A DNA stretch of 63,641 nt, filler included, from Chiloscyllium plagiosum (taxonomy: Eukaryota): assembly GCF_004010195.1 (NCBI RefSeq). It is 5 parts of one record of this genome, joined end to end, with 100 filler letters (N's around TTAATTAATTAA, not from the genome) between each part and the next. Parts side by side here need not be neighbours in the genome. Positions count along the whole stretch, not along the records: positions 60,832 to 63,641 come from NC_057715.1; 4 more parts are not named here. One strand, written 5' to 3'. Every line of letters starts with the position of its first letter. Within the stretch, counting starts at the first letter, position 1. The position numbers were made by a program, and so were the translations under genes. This document shows positions 63,510 through 63,641 of the stretch, piece after piece. The notes beneath the pieces were generated by a model that saw only the letters and a program-made list of their open reading frames with translations, searched no databases and was not told where the DNA came from.

Positions 63510-63641
63510 TGAGCTATAGGGAGAGACTGAACAGGCTGGGGCTGTTTTCCCTGGAGCGTCGGAGGCTGAGGGGTGACCTTATAGAGGTTTACAAAATTAT
63601 GAGGGGCATGGATAGGATAAATAGACAAAGTCTTTTCCCTG
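63510..63641 (+). mobile_element. CR1 fragment truncated by the window edge
   Basis: Encodes LSYRERLNRLGLFSLERRRLRGDLIEVYKIM. Confidence 0.9.

Overview
Eukaryotic genomic DNA from a shark (inferred from its elasmobranch HE1/V-SINE and CR1/HER1-type repeats), in a gapped draft assembly. The window lies inside one minus-strand gene, an ATG16-family autophagy gene best called ATG16L2. Ten coding exons (equivalent to exons 2, 3 and 5-12) were reconstructed with GT-AG sites. Their phases are compatible except across the missing exon 4, which probably lies in an assembly gap; exon 1 and exons 13 onward were not found. The introns are mostly transposon-derived: CR1, L2-like and Rex1 LINE fragments, HE1 and Deu-type SINEs, a pogo/Tigger-like MITE, an ERV-like LTR with a tRNA-His primer-binding site, and many Penelope-like element (PLE) termini. 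The most notable signals are: (1) three unrelated PLE terminal families that each carry a minimal hammerhead ribozyme motif of the same unusual design; (2) a 3.1 kb insertion bounded by inverted PLE termini and a 14-bp target-site duplication (TSD), carrying non-PLE DNA; (3) a 41-bp minisatellite holding 12 exact CLEAR/M-box-like (TFEB/TFE3/MITF) motifs inside this autophagy gene; (4) the ERV-like 5' end; (5) a locally templated inverted insertion. Repeat boundaries were read by eye and are approximate unless a TSD is quoted. Comparisons with mammalian sequences are from memory, not from database searches.
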